From Octopus sinensis (Eukaryota): a DNA stretch of 64,000 bases. The notes beneath the pieces are model-generated. The model saw only the letters and a program-made list of their open reading frames with translations. It was not told the DNA's origin and did no database searches. Within the stretch, counting starts at the first letter, position 1. Every line of letters starts with the position of its first letter. Where the stretch lies: the NCBI RefSeq assembly GCF_006345805.1, contig NC_043001.1:95294001-95358000 (forward strand). Reading direction: 5' to 3'. Position numbers and translations under genes: made by a program. Shown here piece after piece: positions 48,321 through 62,745 of the stretch.

Positions 48321-51300
48321 ATTTAATGGAAACTTTTTCATCAACAGTATACCTGAAAAAGACAAATGTAATGTGGTTAAAATCTTTCATATCCACTGAG
48401 TAGTCAGAACAAATTTGATAAACATTTCCTATCAATTTCCTTTGTCAAAGCTTTTTGAAATTGCAAAGAAGATTTATGGACACCATGTATACACTGATTT
48501 GCAAAATTATTATTTTAAACTAAATCGAAGTTGAGATCATTAGCATAAGTTTTAGTGATGTGATAGAAATAGTATATTAATTTGGTTAAACACGAATTTT
48601 CATAATAATCAACTGCTTCGTCTTCATACTGTAAACGTCAAAAACTAAATAAATATTTTATATGATTAGATGTGAAAAACGATATGTAGCTAAAGCTTCA
48701 TACCATTAAACAACTACTCTGTTAAAATTTAGCAAAATTTAAACATTTGTAGTGCATATATATTTTCATTTCACTTGTACATACAACGTGAATGGAGAAT
48801 TATACTTTGCTCCATTGAGCTGAGGAATCTAATATAAATATAACCAGAATATTTATAAAAATATTTTATTGGTGATATCTCTTCATCAGTGAATTGCATT
48901 ATGTATAATATAATATAAACTTTGCATCTATAACAGATTATGTATTCGATTTTGTTTCAGACATGGTTAGCCTGTCTTACACATACCAACACATATAATA
49001 GATGTGGGTGAGTGTGTGTATGCATACATGCAAATGTATAACTTTCGTTATGGTTTCTTAGATAAAACCCAACGTGCGTACATCGTAGAGGAAAAGTCTT
49101 TTAAATTGTTAAATGTGTACATTAGGGAAAACAGTTTATTTACATTTTATTGAAAGTACCAACACTTCAATTAACGTTTTGAAATTGACTGTAGCAACAA
49201 GTTGAGTTGGACTGTATTATATCTGATAACTCCGTAAACAATATGTTGATTAAAAAGCGTATTTGAAAATGCATTTTGTTGGACGATCATAATCTTTAGT
49301 TTTGGCAAAGGAAAGAAACACTTTTATCTCCATGCGTTCCTTTAACATCAGCTTTTTGTTTTCCTTATACTAACATTTTTTAATGATTAGAAAATTCTGG
49401 CGCCAAATACTACAAAAGTCTATATAAATCATATGATTTTGTATTGCAGTAGACATTCTAAATATATATGATTGTGTATGCTTGTGTTTATATTTATTTA
49501 TTTATCTGTTTACGTACGTATACACTTATTTATTTATACATAGATACATAGGTTTTTAAATATACTTGTGCATTTACATACACATGTATACGCGTATATA
49601 ATAAAGAAATCATACACATGTATACGCGTATGTATATATGTGTACAAATGTTTGTGTATTTGGGTGGATGTGGATATGTCAGCGGATAGTGAATAAAATT
49701 ATAAACAATTTTACTTATTTTTTATTTTGTACATAATTTTATTGTATTGATATCTTTATTGCTATTTTCCTGTTGTTTCTTCCGCAAATGTAAGTTTTGT
49801 TCTTGTTTCTTTTGTTTTTTCTGCAGTTTTAATTTTAAAATGAAATAAAACAAGAGCGTAATTTATGGAACTTGTAGTTTATGTATTATTAGTGAAAGTT
49901 GTAAGACCTAAAATTATATTATATGTCATATTTCAAATTATCTTTCACATCCTCTGTTATTTATTACTGCCAGTTTGCGTATTTAAACAGATTTTGATTC
50001 AGTAGAATCATTCAATCATTTAGAATGACAACTACAGCATAACATAAATGAGTTCATTGAATATATGTTATGATTTTGTGAAAGTAAAACACAGTTATTA
50101 TTTTCACATTTTATCTAGAGTGTGACGTAAAACATACATTATGTTGCGAAAACCTAAATAATGTAATTTAAATAAAATATTTGTATTCAAATTTATAAAA
50201 TCGTAAATGTTCCCTTCATCTATCTCTGTGAATTATTATTTTGTCTGCTTATATGTTGCTAAGGCTGTGTATATAGGACAACTGATAACTCAGTAGGTAG
50301 GTGTTTGTGTGTATTTTCTGCTTTATTTTAAATGTTAGATGTTTGATATATTTCATGAAGCAAAAATAATTCTGAAAGTGTACATGATTTCATGCCTTTC
50401 TCAATAACGTAGTCTGAAAATAGATGCCAGAAGGGAGTAAGACGTTCTCTGCCTATTAGCATTAGCTCATTTTTATCACCCTATAGGGAAACGTTGCTGT
50501 AATTTTTCCTTAAATAAATTACAGAAACCGAGACGTCCCTCCAAGCTACTTCATTTTCTAATGTCAGATGTCAATAAGGGATTATAAAAGCTATATCATT
50601 TTTATTTCATACAACTGCGTCGCAAAATTTCACGCATATATTTTAACATATCGGTCGCATTTATATTCCCCTTCGAACTGATGCCGGTATATTAGTGTTT
50701 ATTTGCAAGATTTATCGGAGAATATTCTATGCCATCAAACGTTGAGCATATTGTTTTATATTCTCTAAAGAGTAAGTAAAGTGTTTATTGACGTATAATG
50801 CATATATTTATGGCTATGTAATACATGCTATCTGTAGAGTGAGAATTCTGTATTCTCTTTCAGGAGATAACACTAAATTCACAATGTAATGGGAAAGAAA
50901 TATGATTATATTTTATCAGAGAACTTGTTAATTTTGTGGAAATATGATAATTATCTAATGCAATATGAGAAATATCCAAGTAGTAAGGTGCCCTGTACAA
51001 AACTTAATTCTTATTCTATACCCGTTGCATGAGCATACACGTCATGCAAAACCAGTATAATATAAGTTGGGGATTAACGCCAGCAAAGCCGAAACCAACG
51101 AAGAATAAAAAGGTCTTCATAATATTACTTTTGTTTTGTTTACATTACGGAAGGACAGGTGAAGAAATATAGATGAAAAAAATGCGGTGGTGTTTCTTTA
51201 AGAATTTATAAATGCAAAAATCTTTTTTAAAAATCAATTCCAAATTTCTGTGTAATATTGATCGTTAGAAGTGATGAATGTGCCTATGTGAACAACATAT

Positions 51301-51634
51301 GTATCTAAAGTTTATCAAAATTGGTGAAATAGGTGTTCAAGGACTACCAAGAGTTTCAGTATATTTATGAATGAAAGATCAATTTTATTACAGACTTTAT
51401 TTATTTCCTCACGTCTGTACCTTATTATAATAGCTGAGATGTCGCGCGGCCAACCGGCGCAAAATGTTTTTGCGTGTTCGCAGGAATGAAGAGATAATCT
51501 CTTATACTATTCATCTTGCACACGTGGCTTTATTAGTGGTGGGGAACAACAGTCACATAACATTTGAACGTACCTCGTACATTCACTGTCATATATATGT
51601 ATGTATGCATGCGTGTGCGTGTGTGTATTACCTA

Positions 51635-51770
<136 letters not shown>

Positions 51771-51780
51771 CATACATACA

Positions 51781-51811
<31 letters not shown>

Positions 51812-52023
51812 GGATATATTTGCGTAAAAGCATTGATGTAGTTCAATGGATAAGATATAATATCATATTACAGGTGATATAAAAATTGCTCAGGTGATAC
51901 TGCGTATTAAATTTCGTTATATTGCATTTTTATCATGTCCAAACATGTCGAACATCGTAGCTCCATTGAAGCACTTCACAATAATAAAGGAATCTGTCCT
52001 ACAGACGCCCATATAGATATATG

Positions 52024-52061
<38 letters not shown>

Positions 52062-52130
52062 TGTGTATGTGTGTGTGTGTGTGTATGTGTGTGTACGTAC
52101 ACACAAACATACATACACACACATAAAGAG

Positions 52131-52990
52131 GCTGTGGTGCATAAATTGCCGATTAAATTATGCAAAATTGAAAATAACACAGGTATCTCATTTTAACAGG
52201 TATACTTACCAAAATTACAAAAACATCTTGAAACATCTTGAAATACGAAAGAGTAAATTTATTCAACAAAATCGTCATTGGCTTCAACCACGACCTCCAG
52301 ACGACTTCTGAATTCTCTGCAACTGTCCTGGACGGTCTCCGAGTCTTAAATGGTGAACGCTGCCATAATGGTTGCCTTCAGTTCGTATTTGGTGTTACAA
52401 ATTTTGTTGATCTCTTGCTCAAACGCGCCCCACACGTAATATTCATAGGAGCTGCGGTTTGGGGAGATAGTTGGCCAGATGTTAGGCATCATATGGTTGC
52501 CGAATTTGTCTGACAGCCATGGCTGTGTTCTACAGTTTGTATGACATGGTGGACAGTCCTTCTGCCAGACACAGTGCCTTATAGAAGCCCCCCTCTTCAC
52601 TCAGAGTAACACTACTCTCTCCAAATACTTGATGTAGGCCTCCGTTGTGAGTCTGAGACCCTGTGGGAAGATGAATGGTGGCATAACATCATCATCAATA
52701 GTGCACATTCCAAACACCGTGATATTGACTGGATGTTTGGTTTTTATCACACTTACTACATGTCCTCAGATTGCACTGTCCTCAGATTGACTCTCATACA
52801 TTCTGAAATGTTCCTATTGAACCTTCTGGTGCGAATGCCAAACAGTACAGCAACTTCTTTCAAAATTCTGGCATATTGAATTGCGTCATGGTGCTTTTTT
52901 CCTTATAGACAGTGCCCAACTATACTGTGTATTCAACAAATTAAAAAAACAAAGAATGCGCATGCACGAATTCAAAGTGACGGCAGCTTA
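52131..52990 (-). mobile_element. Internally deleted, decayed Tc1/mariner element (maT/DD37D-like)
   Basis: Minus translation: MTQFNMPEF..NISECMRVNLRTVQ joined to KHPVNITVFG..VMPPFIFPQGLRLTTEAYIKYL..VWQKDCPPCHT..NIWPTISPN..YYVWGAFEQEINK..NTKYELKATIMAAF. The subfamily assignment is from recall. Confidence 0.82.
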
Positions 52991-53236
52991 CCCAATGCAC
53001 GCTGTAAGTAAAGTTAATCGCCATGTCAAAGTAATTTGTACCATGTTACTATTAGTCTAACCTAAGGAGGCAAATCTTCCACCAGTTGGTTATTGCTGCG
53101 GCTGTGCGCCCTGTATATGCAACATATTTTACTAGCAGGCGGGGGGAAAACTCTTACTACCCTCTAGCAGATTTTACACACATAGATAGATTGATGATGC
53201 CAGAAAGATAGATTGATCGATAGATACAATAATCGA

Positions 53237-53465
53237 AGGCGGCGAGCTGGAAGAAACGTTAGCACGCCGGACGAAATGCTTAGCACTATTTCGTCTGCCG
53301 TTACGTTCTGAGTTCAAATTCAGCCGAGGTCGACTTTGCATTTCATCTTTTCGGGGTCAATTAAATAAGTACCAGTTTCGAACTGGGGTCGATATTATCG
53401 ACTTAATTCGTTTGTCTGTCCTTGCTTGTCCTATATATGTAGCCCCTTATGGGCAGTAAACAAAA
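53237..53465 (+). mobile_element. SINE family B monomer
   Basis: GGCGGCGAGCTGG..CGTTAGCACGCCGGACGAAATGCTTAGC..GAGTTCAAATTC..GGGGTCGAT..GGGCAGTAAA. Confidence 0.88.
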
Positions 53466-54066
53466 TAGATACAATAATCGAGACGTGTGTTTGTCTGTAT
53501 GCGCATATAAGTATGTATATTAAAAATAGAGAGAAAAGCCATTGATGAATCGATGTTGATGAAAGGCCCATGCTCGTTACAATAAAATTCTGAGAAAAAA
53601 TAAATCAATTTCAGGATTTGTATTTTATGTTCTTTATTTTTCTTTTTATGATCTATCATTCCTTTTAGATTTAATACGCTAAGGAACAATTTTTATTCAC
53701 AGCCCGTGAGCTGATCTTTGATGATTTTTTTTTTCATGTTCCATTTTATCTGTTCTCTGAAATGCTTATTCGTGCATTGTTTAGTTTTATTTATTTTATT
53801 TTATTTTATATATTTTTGCTGCATAGTGAGACTAAGTGTTTCTTGTATATTATATATTAATTATGTTTATGTAGATCCGCCTTTCTTTCTATTTATATGT
53901 CATGCTTTGCAATAAAATGCCCTTGCTAGAATTTTATTGATAAAATAATTAGCCTCAACTTCCCCGGTGGTGCATTATATGCATGCATTCACCTCTCTCT
54001 CGCTCTCGCTCTCTCTCTCTCTGAATATATATATATATATGTATCTATATACACACATATATATAT

Positions 54067-54101
<35 letters not shown>

Positions 54102-54631
54102 GAAAGAGAGAGAGAGAGACAGACTGACGGACTGGCAGATTGGGAGATGAGGATTAACCGGTATTCAGTCGGTTTCGACCACGAGAGTTACAGTTGATCC
54201 GATCAAGCGAACAGCCTGCTTGTGAAATTAACGTGAACTGGTTGAACTCTTCAGAGACACTTAACTTACTTACGAATACGCTCAACATACTTCTTAGGGA
54301 GGTTCAGCGTGACACAGAATGTGAAAAGCCAGAACTTTGAATTACGGAATCAACTCATGTCGGACAGTGACTGTACAGAAGCAACGTGAAATAAAGTGTA
54401 TATGCATGAGCCTGTTCATATGTATTAAAGATTAAAATCGAATAAATAGGGAAATAATTTTTTTCGGTTATATAACGATTTGCACTTCATTGTCTGTGTC
54501 CTCCTCACGAGTAAAACGCTTATACTGCAATGGAAATATTGTTTAGACGGTGATAAGTTCAATAGTAGAATCAAATGTTTACTTGTATGTAACGGAGAAC
54601 AAATGTTATATATATATATATATATATACAT

Positions 54632-54662
<31 letters not shown>

Positions 54663-54979
54663 CATATATATACATATATATATAAATACATACATACATA
54701 CATAGCCAGACGCCATGATAGATCGTTTGCCACTACACACATGTTTTTTCTCTCCTTGTTTTATGTGTCCCTTTCTGTAGAAGAGCGTAGGCACTAAACG
54801 CAAAAGCCTTTTTCTATTCCTGAGCGTTATAGTAATACATCTGTTTGTTTTGTACACCACATGTCTTCGTCTTTTGCTCTTTTCGTAAACTCACCCTATA
54901 TATATATATATATATGTAAAATATGGTATAATTATAAACAGGGCAAATTACTCCGCAGACTTAAAAGAAGGGATGAAGA

Positions 54980-55022
54980 ACCTTAATTGATTTTCGAACC
55001 TTATGGGTTTTTCATCAGAGGT
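54980..55022 (-). ncRNA. Candidate minimal type I hammerhead ribozyme (PLE-type)
   Basis: Minus strand ACCU-CUGAUGA-AA-AACC-cauaa-GGUU-C-GAAA-AU-ca-AU-UA-AGGU has all conserved core bases, a 4-bp stem I, a 4-bp stem II, and a 3-bp stem III with a 2-nt loop. Folded by hand. Confidence 0.55.
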
Positions 55023-55282
55023 GTGCACAACATTCTGACTGTCTCCAGAGAAACAAGCAGGTTTTCTATTTAAATACGCAGTAAATGCAGCAGTTGCTAT
55101 TTGAAGTGTTCCTTAACTTGCATAAGGAATATGTTTAACACTCTATAAATACCAGCGGCCTGTCAACGGGGTTCTTAATCTACACACTATCAATGTATGA
55201 TATAATCTATATGTAACATATGATATATTCATTCACACATATCTATCGAGAGATAGGTAGATAGATAGATAGAGAGACAGAC

Positions 55283-55321
<39 letters not shown>

Positions 55322-55398
55322 CAGTTAGATAGATAGATAAACAGATAGACAGATATATATATATATATAATATATATATATATATATTATATATATAT

Positions 55399-55477
<79 letters not shown>

Positions 55478-55957
55478 CAGACAGATAAATAAATAAATAG
55501 ATAGATAGATGGAGAGATAGAGAGATCAAGAATAAGGAGATATTCAGTGCGAATGCAACAAATGTAGCGAGCGAAGAGTTTTTACATATTCACAAGTTTG
55601 TGTCTTTTTGTGTAAGTGTATATATGTGTCTGTGTTTCTGCTTGAGTATATGCCAACGAACAAGTAGATGTTAATGGTGCATATATCTTTCAGATGGCTT
55701 GATTTATTTACATTAATAATATATATTTTATTGAGAACTCTATTTTATATAACATGTCATTTTAGATTGAAACTCTTCAAATAATAGTGTAAAACGATTT
55801 CAAGCTGCGCTTAGGTAAAATACCAAACTGATGAACTTAGTACTAATGGTATCTGAGATCAATGACTCGTGTATGTGTGGTTACGTGAGTGTTTCTGTGA
55901 TTACGAAGATAAGTATACATATAAATACTACGTGTGTATAAAAATGTGCGTGTGTGC

Positions 55958-55999
<42 letters not shown>

Positions 56000-56971
56000 G
56001 TGTATAGAGTCGAATATAGATAGATGTAAATGAGGTATATGTGCACATATATTATATATACATAATGAATGTGGATGTGTGTTTCTGAATATATGATTTT
56101 GTTTATCTATGCATATAGGTTCATACATGGTTTTATTTTGATTTTACGTTATCATTTATCTGAGAAAACTTGCGATGGTATATATAAAATATATGTTATC
56201 ATCCCTCACTCTTACATATCACAGCATTAACAAATTTTACTGGTTACTTGGAGCACAGGATAAGTTGAGGCTTATGCAATGGAAATAATATCCTCGAATT
56301 ACAGATATTGTAAGAGGTCATTCATATAATGATATTACTTGTAATTTACAGGTGGCGACAGAGTAGCTTGACAAGTAATAATGATTGGATATAGAGGGTG
56401 ACATATTACATGATTTGAAAGCCATAAGTGAACATTTTAGTAACACAGCTTCACTTTTACCGTCACATTGAATTACTTTGACGAAGCTAGATTTAGTCTT
56501 AGTAGAACTAAGAAGAGAGTTTAAAGCAGGACAAGTTCTAATTTATCAATTCTTTTTTATGTCTTACACATAGAAACATGTATATAATTATCCGCTATAT
56601 ATTCTGCCAATTATAATGCTTCATTCTGAAGAAAATTAATGTATCATGAACTCTCTTTCTCAGTGATGAGGCACCAATTTTAATTAAATTGAAATAAGAC
56701 TCGGAATTAAAAGAATTCATTTTCTTCTGTTCATTTCAGTCTCTTAGCGTGTAGTCTCACCAGGCATCGGTTTTCTAGCGTATAGTGTATTTGAATGCGG
56801 ACTGTAGCCATGGTTGTTTGGCATATAGAGTGTTTGATTATATTTATTTTACAACATAAACTAAACACCAGGTAAATACATATGAAATTAATTTTAAGTA
56901 TCCCGCATTTCAATAATTATTGGCAAAATTATATATATATATATAATATATATATATATATTATATATATA

Positions 56972-57010
<39 letters not shown>

Positions 57011-58561
57011 TATATATATATTATACATATATATATATGTATATATGCGTGTATGTGTGTATTTAACTTTATATGTGTGTGTGCGTGTATGATAGATATC
57101 GTTAAATTATAGTTAGGTTATAATTTTAGTCAAAGCTATACCACTCTACACACTTCGGCATATATTTTGCCGTCATGTATTCTATTAATGAATTTTAAAT
57201 ACAATTTGATAACGTGATAACGCCGCCTAGCAGCTTTTCTCATATTGTACAAGATCAGACAGTGTTCAGACGGGATAGCATAATTGATTTATTCTAATTA
57301 CATTGTGTTGAACTTGTCCCCGCTGCATCCTTTTCATTTTGATTAAAAGCTTGCATGAAGATAGCTTTAAATATTAACGCTGTGATTTTAATTTACATGC
57401 CTTTTTTCTCTCTTATTAGCAGCTGATTCTCTTTTAAGATTTCATTGAACAGGTTTCCCTAAGTAAATTTTCTCACTTGTTATTCTATGTTATTAAATCC
57501 CTCGACTGCCCTTCTCGAAAGTCTTTAATTACTGTAATATCTCAAAGAAACGGTTAGATCATGCTTGTGTGAAAAGAATCTAAACAGACCAGCCAGAGTG
57601 AAACGCATTTGAGGAAACCTATATAATTACATCCCCTTGCTAATTTTTTTTTTTTCAATTAATTAAAATTGAATATCTAGGCTTGCTCTGCAGAGATTTC
57701 TTTTTATCAGATTTTTATATCTAAATTCTGCTCAGCTCTAAAGAAATATGTATCATTAACCAACGGCCATGCATTGGTTTTCTACATCAATTATCTCTCA
57801 CAAATTTTGGGATGAAATAAACATGAAAGTGCCTAATATATTTTTCTAGAGATTTGCATGTCATTTAACTTTTATTTTTTACTAGTTCAAAACACTGGAC
57901 TGCGGCCATGCTGAAGCACCGCTTTCACAGGTTTAGCGGAGATCGACGACGGAAAGTACTAATTGTAATAATCTTGGTAGATATTTTATCGGGTTCTTAT
58001 ATCGAACCATCTTGTTAAAGGGATATAAACAAACCAACGGTGATTATCGAACGGTGGTAGAGTACATACACAGCATATACACATAGACATATACATACGC
58101 ACATATATACATTTATACACACACACACACTCACGTACAAAAACACACACATACATATATGCGTAGGCGCCCACACACACAAACACAAATACACGTGGTT
58201 TAGAAATCAAGAAAATGATAACGAGATGAAAGAGCAAAAAAGAGATTCAATTAGGATGGTGATTAGGAAATATGGAAGACATTTTAAACGTTTCGAACTT
58301 TCTACAATAGAAAGAATACAATAGGCGCGAGAATTTGTGTCTGGGGTAAACGGTTAACAATGCTAAAATCAACGGAGAAGCTAGCTTGAGGTGTGAACGC
58401 ACATACAAGATTCTTTTAACATCTATATTCAACCGATGCATTCCTAAGGATATTGCTCAGCCCGTGGCTATACGAAAGGAACATGTCTAAGGCAGCACAC
58501 ACTGGGAATGAATTCGTGAACGAGCGGTTGAGAAGCAAGCTTATTACAACACAGGGTGAAG

Positions 58562-58890
58562 ACCCCTTTGGATCATAAAAGACGATGGGATTGCACCTAG
58601 AAAGTTCTCCTACAAGGCACAAGTCCGGACAAGGTTGTTTACAGAAAACCAGCAGTTGACCAGGAATATCAGCCCTCTCTCTTCTTGGCACCGATGTTAT
58701 CCAAAGATGAGGTAATGGCTGATACAGCTTGGCACCAGTCACATCGCAACTCATTTCTAAAGCTGAGCGAACTGCAGCAACTTGAAATAAAATGTATTCT
58801 TCAAGAACTCAAAAAGACCCTGGTACGGGAACCGAACTCACTACCTCATGATCGATTATGAGCCCGGCGTTCTAACAACATACCTAGCGA
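58562..58890 (-). mobile_element. SINE family C, near full length
   Basis: ATGGGATTGCACCTAGAAAGTT..CAAGTCCGGACAAGGTT..GATACAGCTTGGCACCAG..GCAACTCATTTCTA matches 5863-6064; a B-box-like remnant lies near 58827-58840. Confidence 0.85.
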
Positions 58891-59301
58891 AAATATCTAT
58901 GCCCTGTATATGGAAACGATTTGGGGTAACTTTGGTACACCTGTCAGTGATCTTTTTCCTATATATCAGTTCGTCGCATTGGTTATTTCCGTATAGGAAT
59001 TAAAATAGGCCAAATTTTGATTACATCCGAAATCCATTGAACATTCAGAATTGCTTCTTCACAATATTAATGACGTCAGTGCGGTTCATATTGTGATTTT
59101 GTATTAATGTAGATATCAAAAGAGTTAATTCTAATTAATGTTACTTCACTAAGTTGGAGACGTGTAATTTAACGTGACAAATCGCTGTCATCAAACCGAG
59201 TAACGACAAAATGTACGTACATGCCAGTATGCCAGTATGTATACAATAAATCAAAGTATATTTATTTTTATGTGCTTATATATACATTCTGTATATGAAT
59301 A

Positions 59302-59362
<61 letters not shown>

Positions 59363-59416
59363 ATGTATAAACACGCACACACACACACACAGATACACAC
59401 ATACACACATACACGA

Positions 59417-59474
<58 letters not shown>

Positions 59475-59944
59475 ATGTGTGTATACGTGTAATTTTATGC
59501 TCATGTAAACCCTTATTTTCTTACACCATACATACATTTCATTATCAACATACATGTTTAATTATTTATGTTCATGTATGTTGTAGGATTGAGGGTTGTA
59601 ACTCATACAGACATCATACAGTTCTATATTTAAGAGATGAGGAATTATGTACACAATTTACATTTGACAGATATTTGTCCTCATTTCGGCTGATATACAT
59701 CACCTCATTTATATGCAGTTGAAAGTCGGTAGAAACATTCGAAATTGCAGTTAGGCGTAAGTGGAACATCAACGTAAATGTATGCGTATTTAAAAACATT
59801 ATATTAAGTAAATGTTTTATTTGAAAAGACGTGAATTTAAAAGATTTTATTTATATATGTTTGAAGGAATATGTAGACTTTATCGGTATATGAACAGTTG
59901 AATACAATAGTCGATTGATTTTTTAGAAAATACTTTTAGTGAAA

Positions 59945-60615
59945 GTGGTGTACCAGCTACATCGTTAGCCGGGCCGTGAAATGCTAATGGTTATTCCATC
60001 CATATCTTTTAATTTAAGCGTTCAAATTTTGCCGAGGTCAACTTTGAATTTCATCTTTCAGGGACGACAAATTTAGTACCTGTAAGTCGATTACATCAGC
60101 ACTAGTGTCGATGTAGTCGGCTCACACACTCTAATAAAACTGCTGGTCTAATCTCTAAATTTGAAAGTGTTATTGTAAAAGGGTGGTAAACTGGTAGAAA
60201 CGTTAGTATGTCGGAAAAGATGTTTAGCAGTAATTCTTCGGACTCTTTCTGTTCAGAGTTTTAATTCCGGCAAGGTCGAACTTAATTTTCATCCTACTCT
60301 CATTCACATGATAAGTACTAGTTGAGCATTTAGGGTCGATATAATCGAGTAGCCCCTCTCATCTCCAACACTATCAGGCTCTGTGACAATATATTTCTTT
60401 ACTACCCACAAGGGGCTAAACACAGAGGGGACAAACAAGGACAGACAAACGGATTAAATCGATTACATCGACCCCAGTACGTAACCGGTACTTAATTTTT
60501 CGACCCCGAAGGATGAAAGGCAAAGTCGACCTCGGCGGAATTTGAACTCAGAACGTAACGGCAGACGAAATACGGCTACGCATTTCGCCCGGCGTGCTAA
60601 CGTTTCTGCCAGCTC
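59945..60615. mobile_element. SINE family B cluster: two old plus-strand copies (~59945-60170, ~60180-60350) and one young minus-strand copy (60395-60615)
   Basis: The degenerate plus copies retain GTTCAAATTT..GCCGAGGTCAACTT and GGGTCGATATAATCGA. The minus copy closely matches 46620-46845. Confidence 0.8.
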
Positions 60616-61963
60616 TGTGACTATAATGCCAAGAAAATTATTACGCGTACTGCGATTTCCCAATATTTTTGGATTTTGTAAGCATACATCTTTTAATTTG
60701 CATCGGCACAGACGTGTTTGAAGTGGATCTAACTGTATAATTTATACAGATAAATACAAACACCGACTTCTTTTTTGTCTTTCGTTTTCTTGGAATTCGG
60801 TCTCACACTTAGAATTTGTTCCATCTATTTTTGTGATGAAATATTTCAACTTTGGAAGTTGAAGTTGACTAATGAAAATATACTTTAATCGGTCAGATGC
60901 TTTTATATAATCGGTACAGTAATAAAAAAATATATATTAAAGTCGTAAATAATTCATGTGTGAAAATTTGATATGTCTCGACAAAAGTGGTTTGCAATAT
61001 TTTAATTAATTACGCACTCTTGTCGATATGAGTAATCGATATTTTATTTAATTATATTAATTCAATTTCAATATAATTAGAACATAAATCTTTGCATGGT
61101 TTATGCAGAATAATTCAATTAGTATATACAAATTATACATTTGCATCAAACAACTGTGCAAATGAGTATTGATTATATATTTTACATCTGCATATAGTTT
61201 TACGTCATTTGCTATCATGTATGTTGTGTTTCCATTTATTGCAAAATTAAAAACGTCCAATTAAATTTCCAGGAATTTTCTAAATATACGTATAATCTTT
61301 TTTTTATTTATTTATTTTAATTCATTAATTCATTAGCAATTTACTTATATAGATTCTGAAGTGTAGCATAATCGATCGGCTTATATATTAAAAAATAACA
61401 TTTACTGCTCAAGGTGAAATTAAACAGAATGATCCATTTTGAAGACATTAGGAATGTATAGAGTGAAACATTTGTATATGTGTAGACAAAAACAAAAAAA
61501 AAGAGAGAAGTATTGTGATTTGAAAGGAATAGATTCAGGAAGAATAATCTATACCCCATGAAACATATATATTTATAGAACTGAAGTTTCTTTGGAAATA
61601 TTTACTGTGTTATAACTGTGAACCACGGTCTAAGACATCTGTTCTATCTGGCGGGTTTCAGCTAACACTAATACGTATTATATGTTCATTATATATGAAG
61701 ATATATAGGCATGTAGCATTTAGAGTGGGCGGCAATCCGATTTTCTTAATTTCTGTCAATTAAAGTTTTTGTTCTTATGTCTACACACGTACGCGAGTAT
61801 ACACATACATATAGAGGAATTAGTACTATCCCTTCCTTCAAGGTCGTATAGAGAGCCTCTCACAACAAGTGCAAACCACAGCTAAACAAGGTTTTCATCA
61901 TCTACCTCAAAACGGACAAGTTTTCTCTCTTTTCATAATTCTCCAACATATCTATCAAACAAA

Positions 61964-62545
61964 GGCGGCGAGCTGGCAGAAACGTCAGCACTCTGGGCGA
62001 AATGCTTAGCGGTATTTCGTCTGCCGTTACGTTCTGAGTTCAAATTCCGCCGAGGTCAATTTTGCCTTTCATCCTTTGGTGGTCGATTAAATCAGTACCA
62101 GTTACGCACTGGGGTCGATGAAATCGATTTAATCCGTTTGCCTGTCCATGTTTGTCATCTCTGTGTTTAGCCCCTATGTGGGTAGTAAAGAAATAGGTAT
62201 TTCGTCTGCCGTTACGTTGTGAGTTCAAATTCCGCCGAGGTCGACTTTACCTTCATCCTTTCGGAGTCGATAAATTAAGTACCAGTTACGCACTGGGGTC
62301 GATGTAATTGACTTAATACCTATGTCTGTAGTTGTTTGCCTCCTCTATGTTTAGCCCCTTGTGGGTAATAAAGAAATAGGTATTTTGTCTGCCGTTACGT
62401 TCGGAGTTCAAATTCCGCCGAGGTCAACTTTGCCTTTCATCCTTTGGGGGTCGATTAAATAAGTACCAGTTACGCACTGGGGTCGATATAATCGACTTAA
62501 TCCGTTTGTCTGTCCTTGTTTGTCGTCTCTGTGTTCAGCCCCTTT
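61964..62545 (+). mobile_element. SINE family B with one head and three tandem bodies
   Basis: Head 61964-62010; bodies start with GGTATTT(C/T)GTCTGCCGTTACG at 62011, 62196 and 62379. Confidence 0.9.
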
Positions 62546-62589
62546 TAGCCTCTCTGTGCTTAGCTGTCTTTTTTGTGTGTGAAATCTCC

Positions 62590-62745
62590 CCATACGTTAC
62601 ACACTCGCGTGGTCGCACCAGTTAATCCTTTCTCCTCGCATCACCCAACGAACTTTTACGGATTCTCTACCTGGACTTTCTACTACACTTCACCTGCATC
62701 TCTCCTGTCCATGGATTACACTGGACTCCTCCGTTGATGATAAAT
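62590..62745 (+). repeat. Diverged dispersed repeat related to 5480-5715 (minus), possibly PLE-derived
   Basis: CTC.CGTGGTCGCA..TT.ATCCT..CTGCA.CTCTCCT...GGAT.ACA.TGGACTC is shared with the reverse complement of 5560-5712. Confidence 0.45.

Noticed and set aside
48870-48895. Minus-strand CUGAUGAAGAGAUAUC; also plus-strand CUGAUGA at 55828
   Set aside because: No closing stem II followed by GAAA downstream in either case.
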